DNA of 64,000 bases, taken from positions 4,512,001 to 4,576,000 of the forward strand of contig OZ240241.1 in assembly GCA_965198115.1 (NCBI GenBank), in the 5' to 3' direction. Position 1 is the first letter of the stretch. Each line of letters starts with the position of its first letter. This DNA comes from Candidatus Latescibacterota bacterium. Lineage in GTDB: Bacteria; Latescibacterota; UBA2968. Both the position numbers and the translations under genes were made by a program. This document shows, in pieces, positions 1-9,918 of the stretch. Below the pieces are notes generated by a model. That model worked only from the letters and a program-made list of their open reading frames with translations, had not been told where the DNA came from and ran no database searches.

Positions 1-222
1 CGCAACCCGGATCCCTCGGTCCGACGAAAACACCAGCTCACCGCCGATTTCGATCTCCCCTTCATCCGGATCATCCAGACCGGCCAGCAGGTTCAGCAAC
101 GTCGACTTTCCCGCACCCGAAGGTCCGAACAGCGCTGTGACGGGGTAAGCGCAGCGCACATCCACGTCCAGCGTGAACGACGCGAAGCGCTTGACGGCCC
201 TGACGCGAAGAACATCACCCAC
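1..222 (-). CDS. modC: Molybdate ABC transporter ATP-binding subunit, N-terminal part (runs off window edge)
   Basis: Manual translation [22 protein letters not shown]...[21 protein letters not shown] (Walker A). GTG start overlaps the modB stop. Confidence 0.85.
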   Translation of the reverse strand, partial: MGDVLRVRAVKRFASFTLDVDVRCAYPVTALFGPSGAGKSTLLNLLAGLDDPDEGEIEIGGELVFSSDRGIRVA

Positions 223-886
223 GCCGATACCGCCGCGTCAGGACCTCACTCGCCGCCAGAGCACCGAGCGAGAGCACCACCGAAAGCACGACCAGCTGAA
301 ACGCACCGGCATCCCCACCAGGCTGATTGATCATCGTGTAGATCGCCAGCGGGAGGGTGCGTGTTTCCCCGGGGATGTTCGACACGAACGTGATCGTGGC
401 GCCGAATTCCCCCAGACTCCGTGCAAAACTCAACAGGCCGCCCACCAGGACACCCGGAAACGCGATGCGGAGCGTGACCGTCAGGAAGGCTCGGATCCGA
501 CCGGCTCCCAGGGTCCGAGCAGCCGATTCCAGACGCGGGTCGACCGTCTCGATCGCCGACCGAATCGACCTCAGCATCAACGGAAACGCGACGACCGCCG
601 ACGCCAGCACCGCCCCTTTCCAGTCGAACGCGACCCGGATGCCGACCTCCTGTAAAAGCATCCCTATGGGCCCGCGACGTCCGAGCAACAGCAGCAGCAG
701 GTAGCCCGTCACGACGGGCGGCAGCACGAGCGGCAGATGCAGCAACCCGTCCACTAAAACCTTTCCACGGAAATCCACGCGTGCGAGCAGCCAGCCCAGA
801 ACGATGCCGGCGGGGAGGCTGATCGCCACGCACGCCAGAGCAACGCGCAGAGACAGGCCCAGGATTTCGAACGCTTCGTGAGTCAC
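215..886 (-). CDS. modB: Molybdate ABC transporter permease
   Basis: [21 protein letters not shown] (EAA loop), [11 protein letters not shown] and TRTLPLAIY motifs. Start is GTG 886 or TTG 904. Confidence 0.92.
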   Translation of the reverse strand: MTHEAFEILGLSLRVALACVAISLPAGIVLGWLLARVDFRGKVLVDGLLHLPLVLPPVVTGYLLLLLLGRRGPIGMLLQEVGIRVAFDWKGAVLASAVVAFPLMLRSIRSAIETVDPRLESAARTLGAGRIRAFLTVTLRIAFPGVLVGGLLSFARSLGEFGATITFVSNIPGETRTLPLAIYTMINQPGGDAGAFQLVVLSVVLSLGALAASEVLTRRYRRG

Positions 887-1173
887 GACGAAACCGCGCT
901 GCAATGTTCGAAGCCGGCAAGGTTCGTCGAAACCGCTCGACCCGAGGAAGGAATTTCTTCCGAAAGGAGGTCGCGACGGACACGCGAACGAAACCGAGAG
1001 TGGGCCATAACCTGCTCTTTAACAGCCAATTATACACCTATTTGAGACTCGGAGAGGTGGATCCCAGGAAGCGGTACAGGCTTTTGCTCACCCGAAGGTC
1101 GGAATGGGACTCATCACGGGTCCCGAGTCATAGACCGAAGTGTCCCAAGGGGCATTTTCGACAGGGAGCTTCT

Positions 1174-1596
1174 ATGCTCGTTCGAAACCTGCTCTTCGAC
1201 AAAACATCCGTCCCTCTGCTCAATAAAGTACTCAACGTGTCGTCCGTGCGACACCGTGCGATTTCGAACAACATCGCGAACGCCAACACCGTGAATTACG
1301 TCCGAAAGGACGTCGACTTCGCGGACTACCTGCGAGCCCAGGTTAACAAACCACCCGTCGTCGGTCGGAAGACGAATGCGCGCCACATGCCCGTCGGTTT
1401 TCCGGACCCTCTCGCGGGTCCACGCGTTTTCGAACCCGACCCAGGACCGAACACGTCGGGAATCAACAACGTCGACATCGACCAGGAGATGTCCGACCTG
1501 GCCGAGAACCATCTCCTCTACAACATCGGAAGTCACCTGGTGAGCCAGAAGTTCCGCGGACTGCGGAAAGCCATCTCGGGTCAGGTCAGAGGCTGA
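1174..1596 (+). CDS. flgB: Flagellar basal-body rod protein FlgB
   Basis: ISNNIANANTVNY and NNVDIDQEMSDLAEN motifs. ATG 1174 follows GGGAG; the longer ORF start at 904 is rejected. Confidence 0.93.
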   Translation: MLVRNLLFDKTSVPLLNKVLNVSSVRHRAISNNIANANTVNYVRKDVDFADYLRAQVNKPPVVGRKTNARHMPVGFPDPLAGPRVFEPDPGPNTSGINNVDIDQEMSDLAENHLLYNIGSHLVSQKFRGLRKAISGQVRG

Positions 1597-1625
1597 TCCG
1601 CCACCCCATCTGATCGGAACACGAC

Positions 1626-1901
1626 ATGTACACGGGCGCACTGTCCGCATCGACCGCGTTGACGCGGGCCCCATCCGTCGGCGGAAGAATCGACTTCAAA
1701 ATCGACCAGCCCGCCACGCCGGACCCGCAGCCGCAGCAACCGAACGCGGTCGCTTCGCTGTCCAGCTTCGACATCGTAACGTCGGAAGAGAACGCCGCAC
1801 TCCTCCACGCATTCGGACGCGCCGAGGGCGGCTATCGACCCGACGGACGCACGACGGCCACCCCACACCCCATCGGAACGCGTCTTGACCTGAGCGCTTG
1901 A
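1626..1901 (+). CDS. Hypothetical 91-aa protein in flagellar operon
   Basis: Tightly packed ORF; C-terminus IGTRLDLSA resembles the G-x-x-LD-x-x-A tails of small motility-associated proteins. Confidence 0.6.
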   Translation: MYTGALSASTALTRAPSVGGRIDFKIDQPATPDPQPQQPNAVASLSSFDIVTSEENAALLHAFGRAEGGYRPDGRTTATPHPIGTRLDLSA

Positions 1902-1910
1902 GGAATCCCG

Positions 1911-2630
1911 ATGCTTCTACGTCTTCTTGCCATCCCAATCGTCATCCTCGTCCTGAATCCGTTTTCCGCGAACGCGGACACCCACGACGACCTGCCCTAC
2001 TCCGTTCATCGCCTGCTCGCTCGCAGCATCGCCCCGTCCGTGGCCAAGCGCATCTTCTACCTCAGCACAGGGCGTCGCGACGAACCCGCTGCCCTCGCAC
2101 CGAATATCACCGTTTCCGCGCCACACGCGCTCAGACAGCCCGATCCACTGGCCCGGCCCACCTTCCGACCCACGCCGGCCCTGTCGCCGATTCCTCTTTT
2201 CAATCAGACCCATACCGAAGGTCTCAGCCAGAGCGTGCTTCGCCGAATCGAGGGCTTCGATCCTCTCATCGAGCGATACAGCCAGGTCCACGCGCTCGAC
2301 GCCAACCTCATCCGTGCGGTGATCTACGTCGAATCCGCCGGAAAGACCGACGCGCGATCGCCCAAGGGAGCCCAGGGCCTGATGCAACTCATGCCGGCCA
2401 CCGCTCAGGACATGGGGGTCAGTAACCCGTTCGACCCCGCCCAGAACATCTACGGAGGAACGCGCTACCTCGCAAAACTGCTCAACGAGTTCAGACGACC
2501 CGAGCTCGCCCTGTGGGGATACAACGCAGGGCCCGAGTCGGTCAAGCGCCGCCGTCTCCCGTTAGAAACCAAACGCTACATACCGGAAGTCATGCGTGTT
2601 AAGACCATTCTCGATCAGCGAGGAACCTGA
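1911..2630 (+). CDS. Lytic transglycosylase (SLT domain) with N-terminal signal/TM
   Basis: AVIYVES (catalytic E), GAQGLMQLMP and YNAG motifs. Confidence 0.9.
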   Translation: MLLRLLAIPIVILVLNPFSANADTHDDLPYSVHRLLARSIAPSVAKRIFYLSTGRRDEPAALAPNITVSAPHALRQPDPLARPTFRPTPALSPIPLFNQTHTEGLSQSVLRRIEGFDPLIERYSQVHALDANLIRAVIYVESAGKTDARSPKGAQGLMQLMPATAQDMGVSNPFDPAQNIYGGTRYLAKLLNEFRRPELALWGYNAGPESVKRRRLPLETKRYIPEVMRVKTILDQRGT

Positions 2631-2632
2631 CG

Positions 2633-3001
2633 GTGCCCCTTCGTAGCCTCCTTAGCGCCACCTCCGAGGGCCCGACCGGGTCCTCGTCGATGGTCCAACG
2701 GTCCTTTCGCCAGCTCGAACAGGGCGGTCGAACGCTCGGGCCGACCGAAGCCAGCGCGGCCGAACAGGGACGCACGGTCGACGGCGACTTCTACGCCCTC
2801 GTCAAGGATTTCCTCGGAGACGTCAACCATCTCCAGAGCCAGTCCGGAGAGGCCCTGAAGGCCTCCGTCGCCGGCGAAGTCACGGATCTTCATCAGGTTA
2901 TGGTGGCCGGACAGGAGGCCGCCATCGCCATGGATTTGCTCATCGAAGTCAGAAATCGCGTCGTTGAATCATTCCAGGAGATCATGCGCATTCAGGTATA
3001 A
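2633..3001 (+). CDS. fliE: Flagellar hook-basal body complex protein FliE
   Basis: DLHQVMVAGQEA...EVRNRVVESFQEIMRIQV C-terminus; lies directly upstream of fliF. Confidence 0.92.
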   Translation: MPLRSLLSATSEGPTGSSSMVQRSFRQLEQGGRTLGPTEASAAEQGRTVDGDFYALVKDFLGDVNHLQSQSGEALKASVAGEVTDLHQVMVAGQEAAIAMDLLIEVRNRVVESFQEIMRIQV

Positions 3002-3078
3002 CCGGCCTGGATGACCACCTCGCGCAGGTTCTTGCAGATCAGCTCCTGCCCAGCCCTATACGAATCGACGAAAGCCAA

Positions 3079-4596
3079 ATGGACTCACTCAAGGAATTTC
3101 TCGACAAACTCAGGGAACAGTTCGAAGGCATGGACCGTACCCACAAAATCGCGGTCGGCGCGGGCGGCGGCGCTCTCATCCTCGTCATGATGTTCCTCAC
3201 CATGTCGGGGAGCGAGCCCGAAGTCGAGCTTCTCCCGCTCTACACCGACATGAAAGAGGCGGGAGAGTTGACCAACCGGCTTCGCGAAATGAACCAGCCC
3301 TTCCAGCTCTCGGGTGACGGTTCGGTCATTCTCGTTCCAACCGAGGACAGACTCACGCTGCGAAACGCGCTCGCGGCCGAAGGGTTTCCCAAAACCGGGT
3401 TCATCGGCTACGAGGTCTTCGACGAAATTCCTCTGGGCATGACCGAGTTTCTTCAAAACGTCAAACTCAAACAGGCACTCGAGGGCGAACTTCAAAGGAC
3501 GATCATCCAGCTCGAGCAGGTCGAGGAGGTCAGACTCCACGTCGTGATTCCGGAGGCGAGTCTCTTCACCGACGAGCAACGGCCGGCAACGGCATCCATC
3601 ATGCTCCGGCTCCGGCAAAACATGACCCTCGATGCCAAGCAGATACAGGGCATCCAGCGGCTCGTTGGAAGCAGCGTGGAGGGTCTCGATCCGAACATGA
3701 TCACCGTCGTCGACGCGTTCGGCAACGTCCTGTCCGAAGAAATGGACCCGCTGGCTCGCGCAACGGCAAAACAGCTTGAAATGCAACGCGATGTCGAGTC
3801 ATATTTAGAGAAGCGGACCCAATCCATCATGGATCGTGTGCTGGGTCCCGACCAGGCCTTCATTCGGGTCTCCGTCGAACTCGACTTCGACCAGCGCGAA
3901 GAAACGATCGAGACCTACGACCCCAACCAGACCGTTCTCAGGAGCGAGCAGCGAAGAACAGTCGGCCGAGGCGGGAACCAAAGAAAATTCCGTCGCAAAC
4001 TATGAAGTGAACACCGCTGTTCGTAGAATTACAGGGACGGTCGGTTCCATCAAACGCATCACGGACTCGCTGATGATCAACTCCATCAAGGCGGCGGTGG
4101 GAATCGATCCCGACGCGCCGACGACGTTCGAGAATCGGACACCGGAGGACCTCGACAACGTCACGAGGATCGTTCGTGGTGCGCTCGGCATAGACGACAC
4201 CCGTAACGACGTTCTGGAGACCAGCAGTTTCCCCTTCGCGACGCAGGACATCAAGCGCCAGGCAGAACAGAAACAGGCCGACGAAGAGACGAGGAGCCGA
4301 TCATGTCGGTCGTCCTCAACGTCGCCAAGGGCATCGCGATCGTCGTCGCACTCCTCATCCTGCGTGCCATCATCGGCGCAATCGGTCGCGGAGTCGCACG
4401 CGAGGAAGAGATCGCAATGGAGGCGCAGCGCGAGCTCGAAGAGGACGATGCCTCCGAAGAGCTCCCCGAGACGCCGCACGAAATCATCCTCGGTCGTATC
4501 GCCTCGCTGATCTCCGATCGTCCCGAGGACGCAGCAAAACTGATCCGAACCATGCTCATCGAAGAGACGCAGCGGGCTCGCCAGGCCGGCGGGTAA
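3079..4596 (+). CDS. fliF: Flagellar MS-ring protein FliF (two apparent frameshifts, ~3950 and ~4295)
   Basis: GYEVFD, ALEGELQRTI, SLFTDEQRPATASIML and LRSEQ, then NYEVNT in the next frame, then TM2 and the C-terminal PEDAAKLIRTML helix in 4303..4596. Confidence 0.9.
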
Positions 4597-4602
4597 ACCT
4601 GA

Positions 4603-5391
4603 ATGAATCGAGTATTGCGCTCGGTCCCCATTTCCGACGAGAGCGTTACGATCTCCGTCCGAAGCGAAGCCGAGGAGGACGAAGCCCTCGAAGTCGCCGA
4701 GAACGCCGAGGAACAAGAGGCCTTCGAAGGCGACCAGATGATCGGTCTGGAAGAGGTGGCCGATCGCATCGCAGAAGAAGAATCCGAACCCGAGGAACCT
4801 CCGCCCTCGGCCATGGACATCGAAAAACGCGTCGAGGCCCGTCTGGAGGAATTCGAAGCGCGCTTCCAGCAGGAAAAGGAGGACGCCTACCACGCCGGAT
4901 TCGAAGACGGTACGAACGAGGGAACGAAGCAGGGGCTGGCGCAAAGCGCCGATGAAATCGAGCGTTTCAGCGCCCTCGTCGAATCGTTGCCCGTTCAGTG
5001 GAAGGACGCCGTCAAGAACTACGACGCGGCGATCCTCGACCTGGCGGTTCGACTCGCCCAGCGAATCGTGGGTGCGGCCGCGGAGGCCAGCGAGGAAGTC
5101 ATTCTCTAGGCCGTTCACGACTGTCTTGGCTACGTGGAAGACAAAACGAAAGTCATCATCCGCGTCAACCCAGATGACCTCGAGGCCGTTCGCCGTCACC
5201 GGAACGACTGGCTCGAATCGCTCGAAAGCATCGATCACCTGCTTATCGAATCCGAGCCGACGGTCACGAAGGGCGGATGCATCGTCGAAACACCGATCGG
5301 TGATGTCGACGCACAGATCGAGGAGCGACTCGAGCGCGTCCGCTCCGCCCTCCTCGAAGACCTCAGAAAGGATTCGGGCGAAGAGGATTGA
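4603..5391 (+). CDS. fliH: Flagellar assembly protein FliH (in-frame TAG at 5107-5109)
   Basis: AxxxGxxxG repeat (AYHAGFEDGTNEGTKQG). The same frame continues after the TAG to IIRVNPDD...GGCIVETPIGDVDA. Confidence 0.88.
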
Positions 5392-6695
5392 ATTTCAACA
5401 CATTCCAGCGAACCATCGAGACGACCGAGTCTATCCGGGTTCGCGGCAAAGTCAGCCAGATGCTGGGCCTGGTCATCGAATCGAACGGGCCGCCCGTCTC
5501 GATCGGCGAGTTCTGTCAGATCAGTCCGGCACCCGGCGTCTCGCCGGTGCACGCCGAAGTCGTCGGCTTCAAGCAAAACAAGGTCCTCCTGATGCCGCTC
5601 GGCCCCATGGAGGGAATCGCCCCGGGTAGTCGAGTCACCGCGAGCGACAAGCCTTTCTCGGTCGCTGCCGGAGACGCCCTGCTCGGCCGGATTCTGAACG
5701 GTCTGGGGGAACCGATCGACGGAAAGGGACCGATCTGGACCGAGTCGCGACGTCCGGTCAGCGCCCTGCCGCCCGATCCGCTTCAGCGTCAACGCATCAC
5801 CGAGCCTCTAGGGACTGGAATCCGGGCGATCGACAGTCTAATTACGTGTGGAAAGGGCCAACGCACGGGGATCTTCGCGGGTAGCGGCGTCGGCAAGAGC
5901 GTGCTCCTCGGCATGATCGCCCGGAATGCCGAATCCGACGTCAACGTCATCGCCCTGATCGGCGAGCGGGGTCGCGAGGTGCGCGATTTCATCGAGCGCG
6001 ACCTGGGGCCCGAAGGACTCGCCCGTTCCGTCGTGATCGTCGCCACGTCCGACCAGCCCGCCCTCGTTCGAATCAAGGGTGCACAGGTCGCGACGGCCAT
6101 CGCCGAATACTTCCGCGACGAAGGCCAAGACGTAATGCTCATGATGGACTCGGTCACGCGTGTAGCCATGGCTCAGCGTGAGGTCGGTCTGGCCATCGGC
6201 GAACCGCCCACGACCCGGGGCTATACGCCCTCCACTTTCGCTTTTCTCCCGCGGTTGCTCGAGCGGGCCGGCATGGGAGAGAAGGGGAGCGTCACCGGAT
6301 TGTATACCGTACTCGTCGAGGGCGACGACCTGGATGAACCCGTGGCGGACGCGGTCCGCTCGATCCTGGACGGACACATCGTCCTGTCCCGGCGTCTGCA
6401 GTCCCAGGGCCACTACCCGGCGATCGATGTGCTCGACAGTGTCAGCCGTGTCATGGTCGACGTGGTCACGCCCGACCACTTCGAGAAATCGAACAGGATC
6501 AAAGAGGTACTCATCAACTACCGAGAAGCCGAGGATCTCATCAACGTCGGCGCGTATCAGCAGGGCAACAACGAACAGATCGATATGGCCATACGGAACA
6601 TCGACGAGATCAACGAATTTTTAAGACAGGGCATCGAGGACCACATCGACTTCGAGAGCGCGAACCAGCAGATGATGGCTTTGCTCGGCGCCTGA
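5388..6695 (+). CDS. fliI: Flagellar type III export ATPase FliI
   Basis: GIFAGSGVGKS (Walker A), GERGREV, MDSVTR, GEPPTTRGY and ILDGHIVLSR. Confidence 0.96.
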   Translation: MNFNTFQRTIETTESIRVRGKVSQMLGLVIESNGPPVSIGEFCQISPAPGVSPVHAEVVGFKQNKVLLMPLGPMEGIAPGSRVTASDKPFSVAAGDALLGRILNGLGEPIDGKGPIWTESRRPVSALPPDPLQRQRITEPLGTGIRAIDSLITCGKGQRTGIFAGSGVGKSVLLGMIARNAESDVNVIALIGERGREVRDFIERDLGPEGLARSVVIVATSDQPALVRIKGAQVATAIAEYFRDEGQDVMLMMDSVTRVAMAQREVGLAIGEPPTTRGYTPSTFAFLPRLLERAGMGEKGSVTGLYTVLVEGDDLDEPVADAVRSILDGHIVLSRRLQSQGHYPAIDVLDSVSRVMVDVVTPDHFEKSNRIKEVLINYREAEDLINVGAYQQGNNEQIDMAIRNIDEINEFLRQGIEDHIDFESANQQMMALLGA

Positions 6696-6729
6696 GCAAC
6701 ACAGAATCCGACACGGATCGGCGGACACA

Positions 6730-7194
6730 GTGGCCAAACGGTTCGAGTGGCGCCTGGACACCGTCAAGCGAGTAAAGGAGCGGGAAGCCGACTCGCGACG
6801 GGAGGCCCTTGCCCTCGCCCAGAGGAAACTGCGCGAAGAACAGGACGAGCGCGACCGGCTGCTGGTCGAGCGCGATCGTCAACACGAACGGCTGCGTGAA
6901 GTCGGATCCGGTTGGCTGGATCCGAGCGATCTGCAGGCCACGCACACGTTTTTGCAAAACCTGGTCGAGCGGATTACCGCCCAGGACGAAAAAATCGAGG
7001 AGGCGTCGCAGCTCGTCGAACAGGCACGGCTCGCCCTCGTCGAAGCGTCCAAAGAGACCAAAATTCTGGAGAACCTGCGCGACAGGGATCACCAGACCTT
7101 CAAGCGAGAAGTGCGCAAGCGCGATCAGGCCCAGCTGGACGAAACGGCCGGTCGTCGTGCACTCGATCAGAAACGGGAAAACCCTGAATCGTGA
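6730..7194 (+). CDS. fliJ: Flagellar export protein FliJ
   Basis: KRFEWRLDTV N-terminus, coiled coil, KILENLRDR...DQAQLDE; follows fliI. Confidence 0.88.
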   Translation: MAKRFEWRLDTVKRVKEREADSRREALALAQRKLREEQDERDRLLVERDRQHERLREVGSGWLDPSDLQATHTFLQNLVERITAQDEKIEEASQLVEQARLALVEASKETKILENLRDRDHQTFKREVRKRDQAQLDETAGRRALDQKRENPES

Positions 7195-7754
7195 AAAAAC
7201 TGGCCCTCATCCTTCTGCTGTTCCTCGGCATGTCCCTATCGTTCGTCGCGATCGGGCTCGTCATCCTTTTCGCCACGGGTGCGGTCACGAGCATGGATGA
7301 AGCCCAGGCGCTGTTGAGCGGACAGCTGCCCGGAGGAGAATCCGCCTTCCTTCAGAGCGACGAAGTCGCCGAAGTCGAAGACGGTTTGCTCCTCTTGCAG
7401 CAGCAGAAACAGGAGCTGGAACAGCAGATCCTGACGTTACAAGAGGATAGAACAACCCTGGAAGCGCAGAAGACAGAGCTCTCCGAGAGCGTAGGGTCGC
7501 TGGAGCAACAGAGCCTGGCGGGGTCTGAAGGCCAGGCCGAGGAACGAGCCAAAAGGCTCGAGCAGCTTCGCGTACTTTACGGCGCCATGCGTCCGGCTGA
7601 TGCCGCCGCTGTCTTCGATCAGATGCCCGACGAAATGGTTCTCGAAATCCTGCCGCTCCTGAAGGAACGTCAGGCAGCACGCATTCTCAACGGTCTGGGC
7701 AATGATGCCCGAAAGGCCACACTATCGCAGAAACTTTTGGAAGGAACGATGTAA
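7191..7754 (+). CDS. MotE/FlbB-like flagellar protein (TM, coiled coil, MgtE-N-like domain)
   Basis: N-terminal TM; LYGAMRPADAAAVF...LKERQAARIL motif; usual position after fliJ. Confidence 0.75.
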   Translation: MKKLALILLLFLGMSLSFVAIGLVILFATGAVTSMDEAQALLSGQLPGGESAFLQSDEVAEVEDGLLLLQQQKQELEQQILTLQEDRTTLEAQKTELSESVGSLEQQSLAGSEGQAEERAKRLEQLRVLYGAMRPADAAAVFDQMPDEMVLEILPLLKERQAARILNGLGNDARKATLSQKLLEGTM

Positions 7755-7857
7755 CGCGAAGATCCCGAAACCATCCCTTCACCATCCCGCTCGATGCTCA
7801 CCATCGTGTGAGATCGGGCAAAGTAGGTCCAATAGATCCCAATTGGAGACCCATCCC

Positions 7858-8150
7858 ATGCTCCTGACCCACCTATTCGGATCGCTCGGCGAACAGCCGA
7901 CTCCGAACGGGCTTTTGGCCGGCAGCCCCCCTGCCGCCGAGGGTTCGGCTTTCCTGGAGATCATGCAAGGCTTTCAGTTCGTCGAAGATCAGGGCGGGCG
8001 CCAGATGACCGGCCCCTACCCGTCTTTGGCCGACCTGATCGCTCAGGACGGCGAGGCAGTGGCATCGGGCCCACGGCGGATGCCATCGGACTTCCCTCTA
8101 CAGGGTGAACCGGCCCCCCACACGGATGCCGGACCAATCACGTCCGAAGC
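7858..8150 (+). pseudogene. Probable N-terminal remnant of hook-length control protein FliK
   Basis: ATG after GGAG; low-complexity Pro/Ala/Gly sequence with SAFLEIMQ; occupies the fliK position; no FliK C-terminal domain follows. Confidence 0.45.
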
Positions 8151-8279
8151 ACAATGGCGGTTGAATCGGGCGTCCCGATGTCGTATATCACCAACAGCCG
8201 CGTGGTGCCCGGCGACCTCCACCTTGCACGCCCCGCGCTCCTGTCCACCGCCCTTTTCCTCAATGGCCTCCTCAAGTGA
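8151..8279 (+). pseudogene. flhF: C-terminal remnant of SRP-family GTPase FlhF
   Basis: A frame not in the ORF track reads TMAVESGVPMSYITNSRVVPGDLHLARPALLSTALFLNGLLK*, matching the FlhF P-x-SYIT-x-x-x-x-VP-x-D tail. It overlaps the flhG start. Confidence 0.7.
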
Positions 8280-9111
8280 GCCCGAAGCACCTCGCGCCAT
8301 CACGTGGGCGATCACGAGCGGCAAGGGAGGCGTGGGTAAGAGCACGATTGCCGTCAACCTCGCTCTGGCCCTCTCGGGACTGGGCAAGCGCGTCCTTCTC
8401 GTCGACGCCGACCTAGGACTGGCGAACGTCGATATCCTCCTCGGGCTGTCGCCCGAGCACAACCTCCAGGATCTGCTGCGAGGGAGCGTGAGCGCCTTCG
8501 ATGTCGTCGTCGAAGGACCCGAAGGTCTCTCGATACTGCCGTCGGCTTCGGGCATCAGCGAATCGGAGGCCTGGCAGCCCGAGGACCGCGAACGACTGTC
8601 CGAAGAGCTGGGGCGTCTCGAGCGGGCCTACGACCTGATCTTGCTCGACACGGGCGCCGGCATTTCATCCAAGGTCACGGACTTCGTGCTGTCGTCCGAC
8701 CGCGCCTTCGTAGTCGCCGTACCCGAGCCGACATCGATCGCCGACGCCTACGCCATGGTGAAGGTGTGCCAGACCATCCGCGAGGACCTCCCGATCGGTC
8801 TGATCGTCAACCGAACCCGCTCCAGCCGGGAGGCGCACGAGCTGCACGAGAAATTCAACCAGATCGTCGATCGCTTTTTAGGAATTTCGATCGCGCGCGC
8901 TGGGCACGTCGTCGAAGATCCTGCCGTCGAACGATCGACCCGTGTCCAGCAGCCTCTCGTGTTGGCCGACCCGGGCTCCGACGCCGCGAAGACCATCGCC
9001 CGACTGGCCGACGCACTCCTACCGGTTCTCGATGGCGAACCTCGATCGGGCCCCGGCCTGTTCGACCGCCTCGTCGAACGCGTGGGCGATCCCGTTCAGG
9101 AAGCGGTCTGA
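8263..9111 (+). CDS. flhG: MinD/ParA-family flagellar number regulator FlhG/FleN
   Basis: SGKGGVGKS, DADLGLANVD, DTGAG and PEPTSIADAY; directly precedes fliA. Confidence 0.92.
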   Translation: MASSSEPEAPRAITWAITSGKGGVGKSTIAVNLALALSGLGKRVLLVDADLGLANVDILLGLSPEHNLQDLLRGSVSAFDVVVEGPEGLSILPSASGISESEAWQPEDRERLSEELGRLERAYDLILLDTGAGISSKVTDFVLSSDRAFVVAVPEPTSIADAYAMVKVCQTIREDLPIGLIVNRTRSSREAHELHEKFNQIVDRFLGISIARAGHVVEDPAVERSTRVQQPLVLADPGSDAAKTIARLADALLPVLDGEPRSGPGLFDRLVERVGDPVQEAV

Positions 9112-9141
9112 CCGAAGACCAACGACCGAGAGTTGACGTCT

Positions 9142-9914
9142 ATGCAAAGGAAACAGACACGATCCGCCGAGTCCGCCAAGGCCTACCAGGCACAGAACAC
9201 CGATTCCGCACGCGAGCAAAAGCTGATGGAATACCTCCCGCTCGTGAAGTACATCGCGGGCAGGATCGCCATCGGTCTGCCCAAGTCGGTGGAGCTCGAT
9301 GACCTCATCAACGCCGGTGTCGTCGGCCTGATCGAGGCTCACGCGAACTTCGACGCGAGCAAGGGCGTCAAGTTCGAAAGCTACGCCTCCATGCGAATTC
9401 GGGGCTCGATCCTCGACGAGCTGAGGGCCATCGATTGGGCGCCCCGCTCCACTCGGGCGAAGTCCCGCGAAATGGAGCGTTCGATTTCCGATCTTCAAAA
9501 CACGCTCGGACGTTCCCCCAGCGAGCAGGAAATCGCCGAAAACCTCGATGTCTCGATCGACGACCTCTACAAGCTGCTCGATGACCTCTCTTCCACGACC
9601 CTGCTGTCGCTCGACGAGCTGACCTACGGATCCGACGACGACAAACCGGTTGCCCTCGTCGACACGCTCAAGTCCCAGGAGAACTCGGACGGCTGACCGA
9701 CCTCGAGCGGGAGGAAATGCGCAATCTGCTCGTTGACTCGATCGGTTTGCTGACCGACCAGGAGCGTCTCGTCATCGCGCTCTACTACTACGAAGAACTC
9801 ACACTCAAAGAAATCGGACAGGTGATGGAATTGTCCGAATCACGCGTCTCGCAAATCCACACCAAAGCAGTTCTGAGCCTCCGCGGCAAGCTGCGGATGC
9901 GCCTGCTGCCCTGA
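9142..9914 (+). CDS. fliA: Flagellar sigma factor FliA/WhiG (one-base frameshift ~9690)
   Basis: YLPLVKYIAGRI and RIRGSILDELRAIDW, then LYYYEELTLKEIG...SESRVSQIH in the next frame. Confidence 0.92.
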
Positions 9915-9918
9915 TATC

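Noticed and set aside
904-1173. N-terminal extension of FlgB
   Set aside because: It spans the divergent promoter region; family similarity and the SD begin at ATG 1174.
5107-5109. In-frame TAG in fliH as pyrrolysine or code reassignment
   Set aside because: It is a non-catalytic helical position one substitution from CAG/GAG/AAG, and TAG is a normal stop elsewhere in the window.
4000-5238. Long antisense ORFs (also 28208-29434, 17640-18674, 21808-22833)
   Set aside because: These are shadow ORFs of real genes in high-GC DNA with no recognisable motifs.
7702-9111. 469-aa ORF as a novel FliK-MinD fusion protein
   Set aside because: The middle segment is out-of-frame flhF sequence and flhG has its own ATG at 8263; the open frame looks coincidental.
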